Shown here piece after piece: positions 1 to 11,780 of a DNA stretch of 64,000 nucleotides; position 1 is the first letter of the stretch; each line of letters starts with the position of its first letter. A program made the translations under genes and the position numbers. The stretch lies in NCBI RefSeq assembly GCF_009914755.1, contig NC_060934.1; one strand, given 5' to 3'. A model generated the notes under the pieces. That model searched no databases. It saw nothing but the letters and a program-made list of their open reading frames with translations, and was not told the DNA's origin. This DNA is from the human T2T-CHM13v2.0 reference genome, Homo sapiens.

Positions 1-768
1 CCGAGCTCCACGTGGGCATGAAAGGCCCAGCGGGTGTGTCAGGGGGCGGGGTGGGGTGGAAGTGTTAGTGCGAATGTGAGTGTGTGTGCACGCTTGCAGG
101 ATAAAGATGAGTTTTTAAAATGTGTCTCCTGTGGTTTTTGATTTTTTTAATCTTTCCCAAAATCAATACAAACAAACCACAGGCATAATTTGGGTCTGTA
201 AAGGCCGACGCTGTCATTCTGCTGCAAGAGGGAGGGAAGTTCAGTTGGGGGGAAAATGCAGCGCTTTTGCTGTCATTAAGTCCAATGGTGGCTGGCAACA
301 GTCACGGCGCTGGTGGAGCTCAGAGCAGAGGTGGGAGGGGTGGTATTGACCAGGCGTGTGTGTTTCCGGTGTGTGATGTGAGAACCCAGGGCTCGCTGGG
401 ATGCTGTCCTCCCTCCCTCCCTCCCTCTGCCAAGCTGGTGGGAAGGCCCTTGCCAAAGCGCACAAGACCCCTTCACACAGCAGGGGCACAAGCTCTTCGA
501 GGCAGAGTCGCCTGCAGGTGGGGTGGAAGGGGTGCGCCCCAGACCCAAGAATCGCCCGCCTCTCCAAGACCATCCCTGGCTGCTGGTGAGCAGGGTAGGA
601 GGGTTGTTGGCACCTGCTGTGGCCGGGGCCGTGCCAGGTCTGTACACATTGTGCTCTTTGCTGGGTGGCAGCCACCACGTATTCTCAAGGGCCTGTGCTA
701 GGCCTCTGGCGGGCCCTGGGTTGTTCCCTTCCTTATGAGCTCCCATTATTAACTAAAGAAGACACTGA

Positions 769-1104
<336 letters not shown>

Positions 1105-1239
1105 TCATGCGGTTGTATCTTGGTGGGTAAGGCAGGTCTTTCTATGACCCACCTGCCAGCCTCATCATCCGTGCTCCCCACCTCACCATGCATGCTTCTC
1201 TTGCTGTTTGTCCACAGGCGTACTTACTTTGTTTTATAT

Positions 1240-1710
1240 CAGTTTTTAGATACAAAAATAGTACAGGTAGAATTCGGTATTCTACATTTTCAGGGAATAT
1301 CACATCACACACACGCTGCTCTTTCACTATGGTTTTCATGTTTTCTGCACCTCTCCCGCTCTTAACCCGCCTCCCACCCAGATTTAGCTCTGTTAACCCT
1401 TCAGGCTTCTTTTTCTGCACACACACACGCACACGCGCGCACACACACACAGGAGGTTGTCCTGTTTGGTTTTTAGAAATGGAATTGTCCTGTTCCTCTT
1501 TGCACTTTGCTCATTTCACTTCATGGTGCGTCCCAGATACCACTTTCTAAGTCACCGGCAGAAGCAGGACCTTGTGCTTCCTGATGGCTGTGAGCTGTCG
1601 TGGCGGCACACCTGTCCTCGGTGTGGAGTTCCAGTTCGTTCCTGCAGTCCCCTGTTAACAGATGTTTAGACTGTTTCCCTTTTTTCCCCTTTTCATTACA
1701 AACAAAAAAA
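1240..1710 (-). mobile_element. Highly degraded L1M(E)-like 3' fragment
   Basis: cagtcccctgttaacagatgtttagactgtttcc...cattacaaacaa resembles the antisense 3' region of old mammalian L1. Confidence 0.45.
1416..1451. repeat. (CA)n/(CG)n alternating purine-pyrimidine tract
   Basis: tgcacacacacacgcacacgcgcgcacacacacaca, read directly. Confidence 0.9.
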
Positions 1711-3555
1711 ATTGCTTTCTTAAACTTATTTTCATGTTTTTAAACTTTCTAATTTCTCATAAATATTTCAACTTTAGATTCTGTGAGTGAGTCTATTAGT
1801 GTCAGGCTTTGCAGAGGAAAGGAAAGTTCTAGAAGAGTCTGCAGCTCGTTCTCCCACCCCCTGCCCCCAGTGTCCACCCACAGAGGTGTGAGCATGCAAA
1901 TAGGGTGAGCTTCTGTCTCCCGTCTCTTGGGTGTCTTTTCCACCTGGGGCCTCCCTGGGGCCATGCTGGGGGAGTGAAAGGCCCCTCCCTGGAAGCCCGA
2001 GGCCCCTGGCCTGGATGCTGTAGCTTGCCTGAAAGCGGAGGAATTCTGGCTGCCTGGTGGAGGTCGGGGCTGGCCCTGCACCGCCAGGAGAAGCAGTCTG
2101 AGGGAGGGCTGCTCAGGCTGGACCCAGCCCTGACCAGCCCTGGCCATCGGGCGTCCTGGGCCCTGGCAGGATGTCGTTCCAGTGATACAGCACTTCCTTG
2201 CTTCTAAACTGCTGAGTGGTCAGTGTCGGTTATCAGCTGTCCACATATATTGCATAATCTCAGATGCTGGCTTGTAACAGTGAGTGGAGGTGGGTGGCCA
2301 CACTGTCCCTTTAGAATAATCCACATGGCCCTGTCCAGGCAGGGCAGCCTCTGGGCTCCCGCCCACCACCTGATGCCCCTGTGCCTGGTGAGCCTGGGCC
2401 GGGGTGTGTTCGCTGTGGATGGGTGTGTTCCGAGTTCTCCGGTCAGCAAGCTCCCTTTGTCTCTAGGGGAGTTCCTGGGAGGTAAAGGGGAGCCTTTTCA
2501 AGCCACAAGATCACCCAGAAAACCTACGTAAGCACTAAAGTTCAGAAAAATCCAGCCAGCCTTGGAGCTGGGGAGACTGCTTCCCTTGGGGCCCGGGCCA
2601 CTCCAGAGCCATTTCCGTGATGGTAAAATGAGTGGGGGCCCCATGCTGCCTCTGCCTCCTGTGAACGCCATCCTCTGGTTCTTCACCTTCAGGCTCCCGC
2701 ATGAGCTGGGTGGTTGGTGTTAACTCCTCTCTTCTCTCTTTCTACCCGGAACCCCCTGCCCAGAGCTCCAGGGAGCTCCACCATAGCCAGTAGAGGGAGG
2801 GCTCTGTTTACCTCCTTCCAAGTTCCCAATTTTGCTCTACTGATTTTTGTCTGCGGTGCATAATCAATCAGCCTGGACCCCAGAGAGGCCTTCTGTCGAG
2901 GTGGGTGGGTCTCAGAACGGCAGGCTGCTCCCCCTCCTACCTCGGGGCCCCCACTGTGCACCTGCAGCTGAGGCATGTTTTCTGGGGTTCCTGGCTTTGG
3001 CCTGCACGGCTGGGTGGGAGGAGGGCATGGGAGGTGATGCTGCTCACTGAGCAGGGCCTGCTTTGACCACCTCGGGATCAAGAGTCCTGTTAGATGCCCA
3101 GGTAGAGACCCTTGCTGGGCGGGCAGGTGGATCTTCGAGAATGGAGCTCCGAGGGACAGGTTGGCTGATCTCAGTGAACCCTGAGGCTTCCCCAAGGCCA
3201 TACAGCTTGTCTGGCAGAGCCTCAGCAGGAGCCCGGGTCCCCGGACACCGAGGCTAGCTCTTTCTGCTGTGGCCTTCTCACAGACCAAGGTGGGATCACA
3301 GCCTTGGTAGCCTTGAAGTCTCCCTAACCTGGCAAGACAGTGGAGAAGGGGGACAGCCAGCGGGACATTCCACTGTAGAATAAATACATGCATGGCAAAA
3401 CACTTGACATCTATTAACTTCTAAGTGGCAAGAGTGATTCTTGTGGTTAGACCTGAATGGGAACTTGTAAGTCTAAAGTGAAAATCTAATTAGATTTTTC
3501 CCACAAAACAATTTTCCGCAACGCATTGTGGACATAAAGGTTTGATGAATGTATA

Positions 3556-3851
3556 GCCAGGCACAGTGGCTCACATCTGTATTCCCAACACTTTGGGAGG
3601 CCAAGGCAGGAGGATTGCTTGAGCACAGGATTTGAGACCAGCCTGGGCAACATAGTGAGACTCTGTCTCTATAAAAAAATAAATTAGCAGGGCATGACGG
3701 TGTACACCTGTAGCCCCAGCTACTCGGGAGGCTGAGGCAGGAGGATCACTTGAGCTCAGGAGTTCGAGGTTGCACCATGATTACACCTGTGAGTAGCCAT
3801 GCACTCCAGCCTGGACAACACAGCAAGACCCTGTCTCAAAAAAAAAAAAAA
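3556..3851 (+). mobile_element. Old Alu dimer (AluJ-age; FLAM_C-like left arm, FAM-like right arm)
   Basis: Two Alu monomers plus poly(A); J-type gcttgagc..agg and gggcaacatagtgagac; right arm keeps cctgtgagtagcca. Confidence 0.9.
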
Positions 3852-4182
3852 GATTTGCCCAATGAATTTTATCAGCTAAACTGGGATATTTAAGAGAAAG
3901 GAAGGAACTCCTAATTTCTGAGCCCTGGTTCTGAAAAAGCTTTCTTTTTTCTTTCTTCACTTTAGTCTTGTTAGCAAAACCTTAACAGTTCATAGAAGAA
4001 ATCATTTTTTACTTTTTTCCCCTTAATCTGAGCACAACATCTGGGGTTGCCATGGTGGTCCATTGGTGGTGATTTGCAGGACGGGACCTTACATCTGGGG
4101 AAGGGGCTGCCAGGCTGGGCCTGCCTCTGGCCCTGTGGGCATGGCCGGGGTGGGCATGGCCGGGAAAGGCATGGCCTCCAGA

Positions 4183-4350
4183 ATCAGAGGCCTGGGTTGA
4201 ATCCTGGCTGAGTGCCTAGTGGGGCACTTTGGGACAAATGACCACCTTTCTGAGCCTTGCTTTTCTCATCTGTAAATGGGGGTGGCAATGCCTACTTAGT
4301 TGAATGTTAAATAAAATGAAGTCGTGTCTGTGAAGCACCTGGCATGGTAA
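4183..4350 (+). mobile_element. MIR SINE
   Basis: cctgggttgaatcctggct...tctgagccttgcttttctcatctgtaaatgggg MIR core. Confidence 0.8.
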
Positions 4351-6599
4351 TCGGTGGCCGTGAGGATGACGCTGGCCTCGCAGGGACTGGGTGGCACAGG
4401 TGCCCTGACCTTGGCATGCAGGGTGGATGGGCCAGGCTTCCAGCCAGTGCTGGATCTCAGAGGCCCAGGGGTTAGAGAACTAAGGGCCTCCGAGCCAGGC
4501 TCCTCGTTGCAAATGGACTTCTCTCCTTTGCGTGCTGTGAACTGGGCGTGAACACCTCCTGTGATGGGGAGCTCACTCCTTGCCGAGGGAGCCTGGTAAG
4601 CTGCCGGCACAGTCATCCTCATACCCTGTCTCCTGACCTGTGTCTTATGGCCTCTGCCCCCAGGCAGCTGCGGGGCAGGGGGCTGGGGTGACCCCCGTCT
4701 TGGTTGTTGAGCCCTTCCACTAGCTGGAGGGTGACTGTCCCCCCTTCTCCCCCGACACAAGGCACAGCCTTTCTTGTGGCTGTCAGGAGAGAGGGCCTGT
4801 CCTCCTTTGCGCCCACGCTGCCCCTGCGCCTTGTGGCACTGCATTCAAAGTGAGTGCGCCTGCTTTTGTTTCTTCCTAGGACTTCTGAAAACGTGTGGGT
4901 GGGGGAGGGTGTGGAGGGTTCGTGCACCGGGTGGTGTGGCTGCAGTGGCGTGGGAGGCGGCCCCAGAGGGGCAGAGGCACAGTGTGTTTATGTGCACAGG
5001 GCCGTTCCCTTCCTGTCCCTCATGTGAACACCAGTGTACAAATGTGTGCACACAGGCGTGTCCCCCGTGCCTTTTCCCTACCTTGGCTGATCGTGGGGAA
5101 GATAGACTCACTTCCCCTCTCCAGGCGGCGATTCCGGAAAGGAGGCTCTGGAATGCCAGCTGGGGGCAGGGAAGCCAGGGCAGCCAGGAGGGACCTAGCA
5201 GGCCCACAGAGGTCTGGGACAGCTGAGCCCTCCTGCCCACGGCCCTGCCATCCCTGTGTGTCCCCAAGGTAACGTCCAAGCTCTGCAGCAGGGACCAGCC
5301 CTGGGTCCCACAGAGGAGGCTGGTCCAGGTGGTGGACTAGAGCTCCGCTTGTGCCAGCCTAGGTGCAGAGGCCCGGCCCAGCCCTTCCTAACCTTGCCGT
5401 CCTGGGCCAGCTGTTCGGTCTCTGCGTGCCTGTTTCTACACAACCCATCTGTAAAATGGGGCCATGGGAGCCACCACCTCCCCCAGGCCTGTCGCCATCA
5501 CTGGCACCTCCACCAGCATTAGCACCAGTGTCTCCATGAAGTTGGGGTTCCTGGGGAGATGGCTCCCCCCAGCCTCGCCTCCTCCCTGCCTCAGAGACTG
5601 CGCAGAAGGAGGGCAGCTGGGCTGATGAGCAACTCGCCTGGGGCCCCAGAGAGGCCCGATCCCATCCCGCTGGGGCACGCCCCAGGTCCAAGCCTGTCTG
5701 GGCACCCCCAGGGCTCTGGACTCACCTCCACCCCTCCCTCTGCATCCTTGGTGGTGACACCATCGGCAAGTTTGGCACCCCCGGCCCTCACACTGACCCC
5801 AGCACCCCTTCCCCAGGCTCTGGTGGACTCCTTGCTCACGCTGCCTGCTCTGCAGGGTGGGGGCGGGGGGGCAGAGCCTGCCAGCCCCTCCCACACTTCC
5901 CTCACCAGATCACAGGACCCTCGGGGTGGAGGCTGGTGCGTGGGGAGGTAAGGGTCAGGTGGTGGGAGGCCATCCTCAGCAGGGGTCCCAGAGTGGGAGA
6001 CCCAGAGCTTTAGGACCCCACCATGCGGAGGGGCCAGGGTCCCTGGGATGGGGAGAGGCCTCAGCCAGGGTGAGCAGAAGAGCTGCAGCCCCTGAGACCC
6101 GCGGGCTTGGCCGGCCCCCCGGGAAGAAGACCCACAGCTGGGAGGGCAGTTCATGCAGGGCACCCTCCCCTCCACCTGCCGGCCTTGGGGAGCACCAGGC
6201 AAGGCTCCCTGGGGAGCAGGGCTGCCACCTCTGACCTCGCTCCAGCCTGACCTCACCACGGAGGCGCACGCAGGATGTCCGCAGGCCCCCGGGTGGCAGC
6301 TTCCTACAGTGCTTTTCCACCAGGGACCGTGCTGAGGCCCAGGGCCCTGAGACCCTCAGGCCCATCACAGCCTCCCCACTGAGCACAGGCACGTCCATCC
6401 CCTCCCCTTCTCCACCTGTCACCTGTCTGTCTTCCAGGCTTCGTGGGACTTCCCAGTGCCCCATTCCTGCTTGTCAGAAGAGGGGCTGGGAGAATGGCAG
6501 GGCCTGGCACTCCAGGCTGCCCCTGCCCTCCTGCGCTCTTGCCCTCCAGCCTTTCCCCACCCTGGAAGTGAGTTCATGATGTTAATGGCAGCAGCAGCC

Positions 6600-6765
6600 A
6601 TGGTGCACCAGGCACTCTGCTAAGCACTTTATGTACATTCTTAAATTACCGGATCCCCATTACGGAAACGGAGTCTTAGGTTGAAAAACTACTTGACCAA
6701 GGTCATCCCAGCTGTAAGTGGCAGAGCAGGCCCTGAATCCAGGCAACCCAGGCTGATCACCACCC
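6600..6765 (-). mobile_element. MIR (internally deleted), part of left arm of inverted duplication
   Basis: ccaggcactctgctaagcacttta...gaaacggag...cttgaccaaggtcatcccagctgtaagtggcagag antisense MIR motifs. Confidence 0.8.
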
Positions 6766-7169
6766 TGCCACCACCCACCCCTCTCTCACATACAGGCTCT
6801 AGGCCTCCTGTCTATACTGGAATCCCCCACAGCAGATCCACATGGAGCTGTCTAAAGAAGCACCTGCCCCTCCCCCAGACAAGGCAAGAAAGCCATCTCT
6901 ACCTGGAGGGAGAGCAGTGAGGGGCATCATTAATGGGCTGTTGGGTGTCCTGATTTCTTTGAGAGAAGACGAGCTGAGCAGGCACAGCTCTTAATCCTCC
7001 AGCCACTGCCCCCCAGGCTGGGGCCTGCCAGCCCCCGCCCCTGTAGTCATTTCTAAATCGGGTCTAGATGGACTGGACGCGTGGCTGCCAGAGACCATTT
7101 GAACCCCCTACCTCCAAATTCCCCAAGGTCCCCGCCTGCAAAGGACCAGCCCCAGCATGAGGCCCTGAA

Positions 7170-7430
7170 AGTGGCAACATTTCAATAGCCTATCCTGGAC
7201 AATCAGGACGATCCCTTTACTAATTTATATGCTATACGTTTGGGGTTTAATTGGAGCGTAATTGTAATCCATATGCTGTTAAGGTAATTACACTTATAAA
7301 CCTAATATAATCCATAGATCAATGGGTTTGGAGCTAATTAAGGCAACCGTAATTAACATTTACCAAAAACCTTGCAATTACTGGAATATCCTTTAAGCTG
7401 GCCTTCCGAGCTGATAATGAGCGCCGCTCA
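7170..7430. promoter_or_regulatory. Candidate conserved enhancer, dense homeodomain motif cluster
   Basis: Non-repetitive AT-rich island in GC-rich DNA with TAATTA x3, TAATTG x2, TAATCC x2 and agatcaatgg. Function is inferred. Confidence 0.6.
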
Positions 7431-7632
7431 GCGCTCCGCGGCCTCCTAGCGTGTCTTTATTCTGCACAAGGGGGCCTTCTGGGGACCTCGATGTTGGGAG
7501 GGCAGTCAGTGCCTGCTTTTAGCACCCAGGGACTCTGATCAGGGACCCAGCTGATGAGTGGCAGCACCATGGGAAGCCAGGTCCCTGTGACTTGGCCATC
7601 CCCAGAACACGGCTGATTTTCTGGCTCAATAG

Positions 7633-8157
<525 letters not shown>

Positions 8158-8464
8158 TACAGCCATTCTTGAATGTTGTATGACTCCCGGTGATATTGTC
8201 ACCTTGGGAGCTGCACAGAGACCTCCCCCGGGCCAGGCCCCTCCTCTGTCTGCAGAAGGAGGTAAGGGGCCCACCACATCTGTCTTACCACAGGCTAAGC
8301 TGTTGGCATCTGTTCTTTTCCTGCTCCAGGAGGGACAGAGCCCCCCTGTTGTCCTTGCGGCACCATGCTCTGGGAACTGGGCGCTCCTGTGGACAGCTCC
8401 ATGTGAGTCTTCTTCGAGAGACTCCACTGCAGATAGAAGAAGGCCTCGAGCCTGTAGTTGCGGG

Positions 8465-8970
8465 GCGGTGGTCAGCCTGGGCTGCCTGGATTCAGCTCCT
8501 GCTCTGACATTTACAGCTGGGACGACCTGGGCCAGGTAGAGGTTTTTCAACCTAAGACTCAGTTTATTATGTATTTATTCATTTATTCATTTTATTTATT
8601 TATTGACAGGGTCTTGCTCTGTCACCTAGGCTGGAGTGCAGTGGTGCAATCATGGCTCACTGCAGCCTTGACCTTCTGGACTCAAGTGATCCTCCCACCT
8701 CCGCCTCCTGGGTAGGATGCATGCCTGAGGTGGGACTACTGGCATGCACCACCACACCGGCTAGTTTTTAAAATTCTTGCAGAGACAGGGTCTCCCTGTG
8801 TGGCCCAGGCTGGTCTTGAACTGGGCCCAAGTGATCCTCCTGCCTTGGCCTTCCAAAATACTGGGATTACAGGCATGAGCCACTACACCCGGCCTGGACT
8901 CAGTTTCTATAATGGGATATGGCAGTTTAATAATGTGCATGCAGTGCTTAGCCTAGTGCCCGGTGCAGAG
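8465..8970 (+). mobile_element. MIR (right arm of inverted duplication), split by AluJ
   Basis: MIR sequence 8465-8565 resumes at 8907 after the Alu. Confidence 0.8.
8566..8894 (-). mobile_element. AluJ
   Basis: AluJ diagnostics (tcatggctcactgcagccttgacc); (TTTA)-type tail; TSD gactcagttt 8556-8565 / 8897-8906. Confidence 0.93.
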
Positions 8971-9304
8971 CCACTGCTTCATTAATGCTGCTGCTGCTGT
9001 CCTTGTCATCTCTATCATTGACAGCCCTAGACGAGCTGAAGGGGTGGGCCCAGGTGGGAGGGGCCAGGTGGGCGGGGCCAGGTGGGCTGTCTGCACCTCG
9101 CTTACTCCTGGGTGGGCTGTTAGCTTGGCGGGTCCCAGGGCTCACTTTTGCCCCATCATCATTTCTGTACACTTTTTCCATCTCTGGGCCTTAGGGCCTT
9201 TCCAAAGACTTTGCAACTCTGGCAGATATTTCTAGACAGAATTAGGTTCTTTAACGAAGGAATGAGGCAAATGTGGACAGGAGATTGTTCATAATTGCGG
9301 CTGT

Positions 9305-9535
9305 CATTTATTGAGCACCTGCTGTGTGCTCTTAGCCTCTGGGCTAAACACTGCACAGACATAATTCACTGATTGCCAACAGCAGCTTTATGCGGCTGGC
9401 ATTTTAGTCTCACTTTAGGGTGAGGAAACTGAGGCTCAGAGAGGCTGAATCACTGGTTTGAGTACGTCCAGCGAGAGGGCAGCTGGGCCAGGATTTGAAG
9501 CCAGCCATTCTCAACACCACTGTGCTCTCTGCCTC
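9305..9535 (-). mobile_element. MIR, near full length
   Basis: catttattgagcacc...tgaggaaactgaggctcagagagg...ggatttgaa. Confidence 0.85.
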
Positions 9536-10204
9536 CCGAGTGGAGGCCCTGACCCCTTTGCTCTCTTCCTGGGTGGGCCAGTGGGGATGGGTGAGGGGTG
9601 AGTGTGTCAATGTTTCCCTCAGCCCAGTAGTGGAGAACAGGCAGGGTGGGCGAACTCCTGGCTGGACCACAGCCACAGGCCTGCAGGAGGCACCCTTGCC
9701 AGGGCGAGTGAGCACTGTAGTCTGGGAGACCCTAGAGTGAGATGGGGGCTCTACAAGGCACAGCTCCTCCCTGGAGGAAGGGAGGAAGGGAGGGTCCCTG
9801 CCTTACAGGGCCTGGCCCTCCCCACTTGTCCAAAGCCCGGCTGGGTCCTGGTGTGTCAGCGCTTTGCAGTACACCCTGTGCTACCCACCCAACCTGTGTC
9901 CCCGTCTGATCTCCCTGGACCCTCCCACAGCCTGGGAAGGGTCCCCCAGCTGTGAGGTCAGCATGGGGGACCTTGCTCTGCAGAGGGCACCTGTAGGGCT
10001 GGCCTTATTGGAGTCCCTCCTTTCTAGGCCCACAGTCCTGCGCTGCCTGGTGTGCGGGGCCTGAATGTCATTGTTTCATATATTTTATCTGATTTTCTAG
10101 TTGCTTTAAGGTACTTTGTCTATCTTGACTGTTAGGCTCTTTATTTTTCAAAAAAAAATTCAATATAATAGTTTGCATTTTTTCTTATTGATAATAAAAC
10201 CACT

Positions 10205-10505
10205 GACATTATTGAGCTCTTGTTCTGGGCTCAGCTCTGCCCCGAGCTGTTTGTACATGTTACCTTGCTGAACCTGCACCCAAGTCCTCAGGCCATATTC
10301 CCCCTTACAGATGAATGAAGTCACTGGCCCGAGGTCACACAGCTGGGACGTAGTGCAACCAGGCTGGGCCCTAGCTGGTTGACCCCAGTGCCCACTATTT
10401 ATTTGGTGCTTACATGCACTGGCTCATTTTGTCTCTACAGCCTTGCAAAGGCCACAGTTATGAGGTGGCAGAGGTGGTATTCAAATTCAGGCCCCTAAAC
10501 TTGTG
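10205..10505 (-). mobile_element. Two tandem MIR fragments
   Basis: ttacagatga...gaggtcacacagct and atttatttggtgcttac...gtggcagaggtggtattcaaattcagg. Confidence 0.65.
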
Positions 10506-10759
10506 TCTGTGTTCCCTCTTGAAAACTTCAGTAAACTGAAGAAGTGAAAGGCAGAGGGTAAACCACCGACCAGCCCACCATCCAGAGGTGACGGTGACCT
10601 CTGATGCCGCTGGGTGTCCACCTTCCAAACTGTGTGCACAAATGTGTCCTCTGTGTTCTAGTCCACAGGTGAGGTCAGGAGCACAGGCTGTTTTGGGACA
10701 TCTCTTCCCAGTGCCCAGTTCCAGAACACCCTTCCAAACCACCGTGCATTCTCCGGGGC

Positions 10760-11250
10760 CATCGTTTTAATGGCTGCACCCTGCTCCCGCGTGTGGACGC
10801 ATCCTAAACAGTCCCTTAGTATTATGGTTAGATGCTCCATGTGTTTCCAATTCTTCATTATTGTAAACCCGACTGCATTGCTCATCCTTGTAGCATAGCT
10901 TTGCACTTATTTTGGATTTTTGCTTTAAGATAACTTCTCACACATGGAATTGCTGGGTCAAAGGGTATGCAAAATTCTAAGGTGTTTGGTACTTCTGCAG
11001 AATTCTCCCTCCAGACATCAAGTTGCTCTCCCATCTGCACTGTGGATAATTCTGCAACTCTCGACACCCTCACCAACAAATAACACCGAGGACTAGCAGT
11101 GTCATTTTTAAAACGCGCCTCCATCAATGGGAAAAGAATGGGATCTTCTTTGATTGATAATGAGACTAAAGGCTTTTTCTGTCTTCCTCAGTCGCTGATA
11201 TTTGTTTCTTCTATAAATTGCATATTCATATCCTTTCTCAGTCTTTTTTG
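10760..11250 (-). mobile_element. L1M (L1ME-like) fragment
   Basis: ttaatggctgca, tgtttccaattctt, tggaattgctgggtcaaagggtatgc, caccctcaccaaca. Confidence 0.75.
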
Positions 11251-11499
11251 TATGTTTTTTAAACGAAGGCTCTTCTTTAATGGGAAATCTGCATTTCATC
11301 AAAGATGGAGCGCAGAGTCTGTGGTTCATTTATTCTCTGGAGAAGATGCTTCTTTTTTGTTCTCTAACCAATCAGAGACCAGCCTGAAGATGCTAGCAAA
11401 TTAATTTCAGGCGCACGAGACAGGCGGTCGGTGCTCATGAGGATCCTGGCTGAGGAAATCACATTTTAGTCCCAACTCCTCGAAGTGTTGAGGCCGCCT

Positions 11500-11780
11500 G
11501 GAGTCCACGCGGACCAGGGTTCAAATCCCCACTCGGCCACTTCCTAGCAGCATGACTTTGGGATGTCCCTCAGCCATCAGAGACTTCACTTTCTGGGCTG
11601 TACCATGAGGTGTTGGTGTGCAGTTTAAAGGAAGTTTGGACGGCTGTGGTGTGGATAGTTCTGAGTGCTCAGTAGGCAGACCTGGTTTTGAGCTGATAGA
11701 GAAGGCCCACGCGAACGGGCAGAGCTGGGCCTCGCCAGGGCCTGGCACTCAGTAGTGCTCACCAAATGCCTGTTGCACAA
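11500..11780 (+). mobile_element. MIR fragment followed by L2 3' end
   Basis: gggttcaaatcccc...cacttcctagc..catgactttggg; gcctggcactcagtagtgctca. Confidence 0.6.

Noticed and set aside
4138-4177. ggcatggcc three times
   Set aside because: Short local slippage with no further support.
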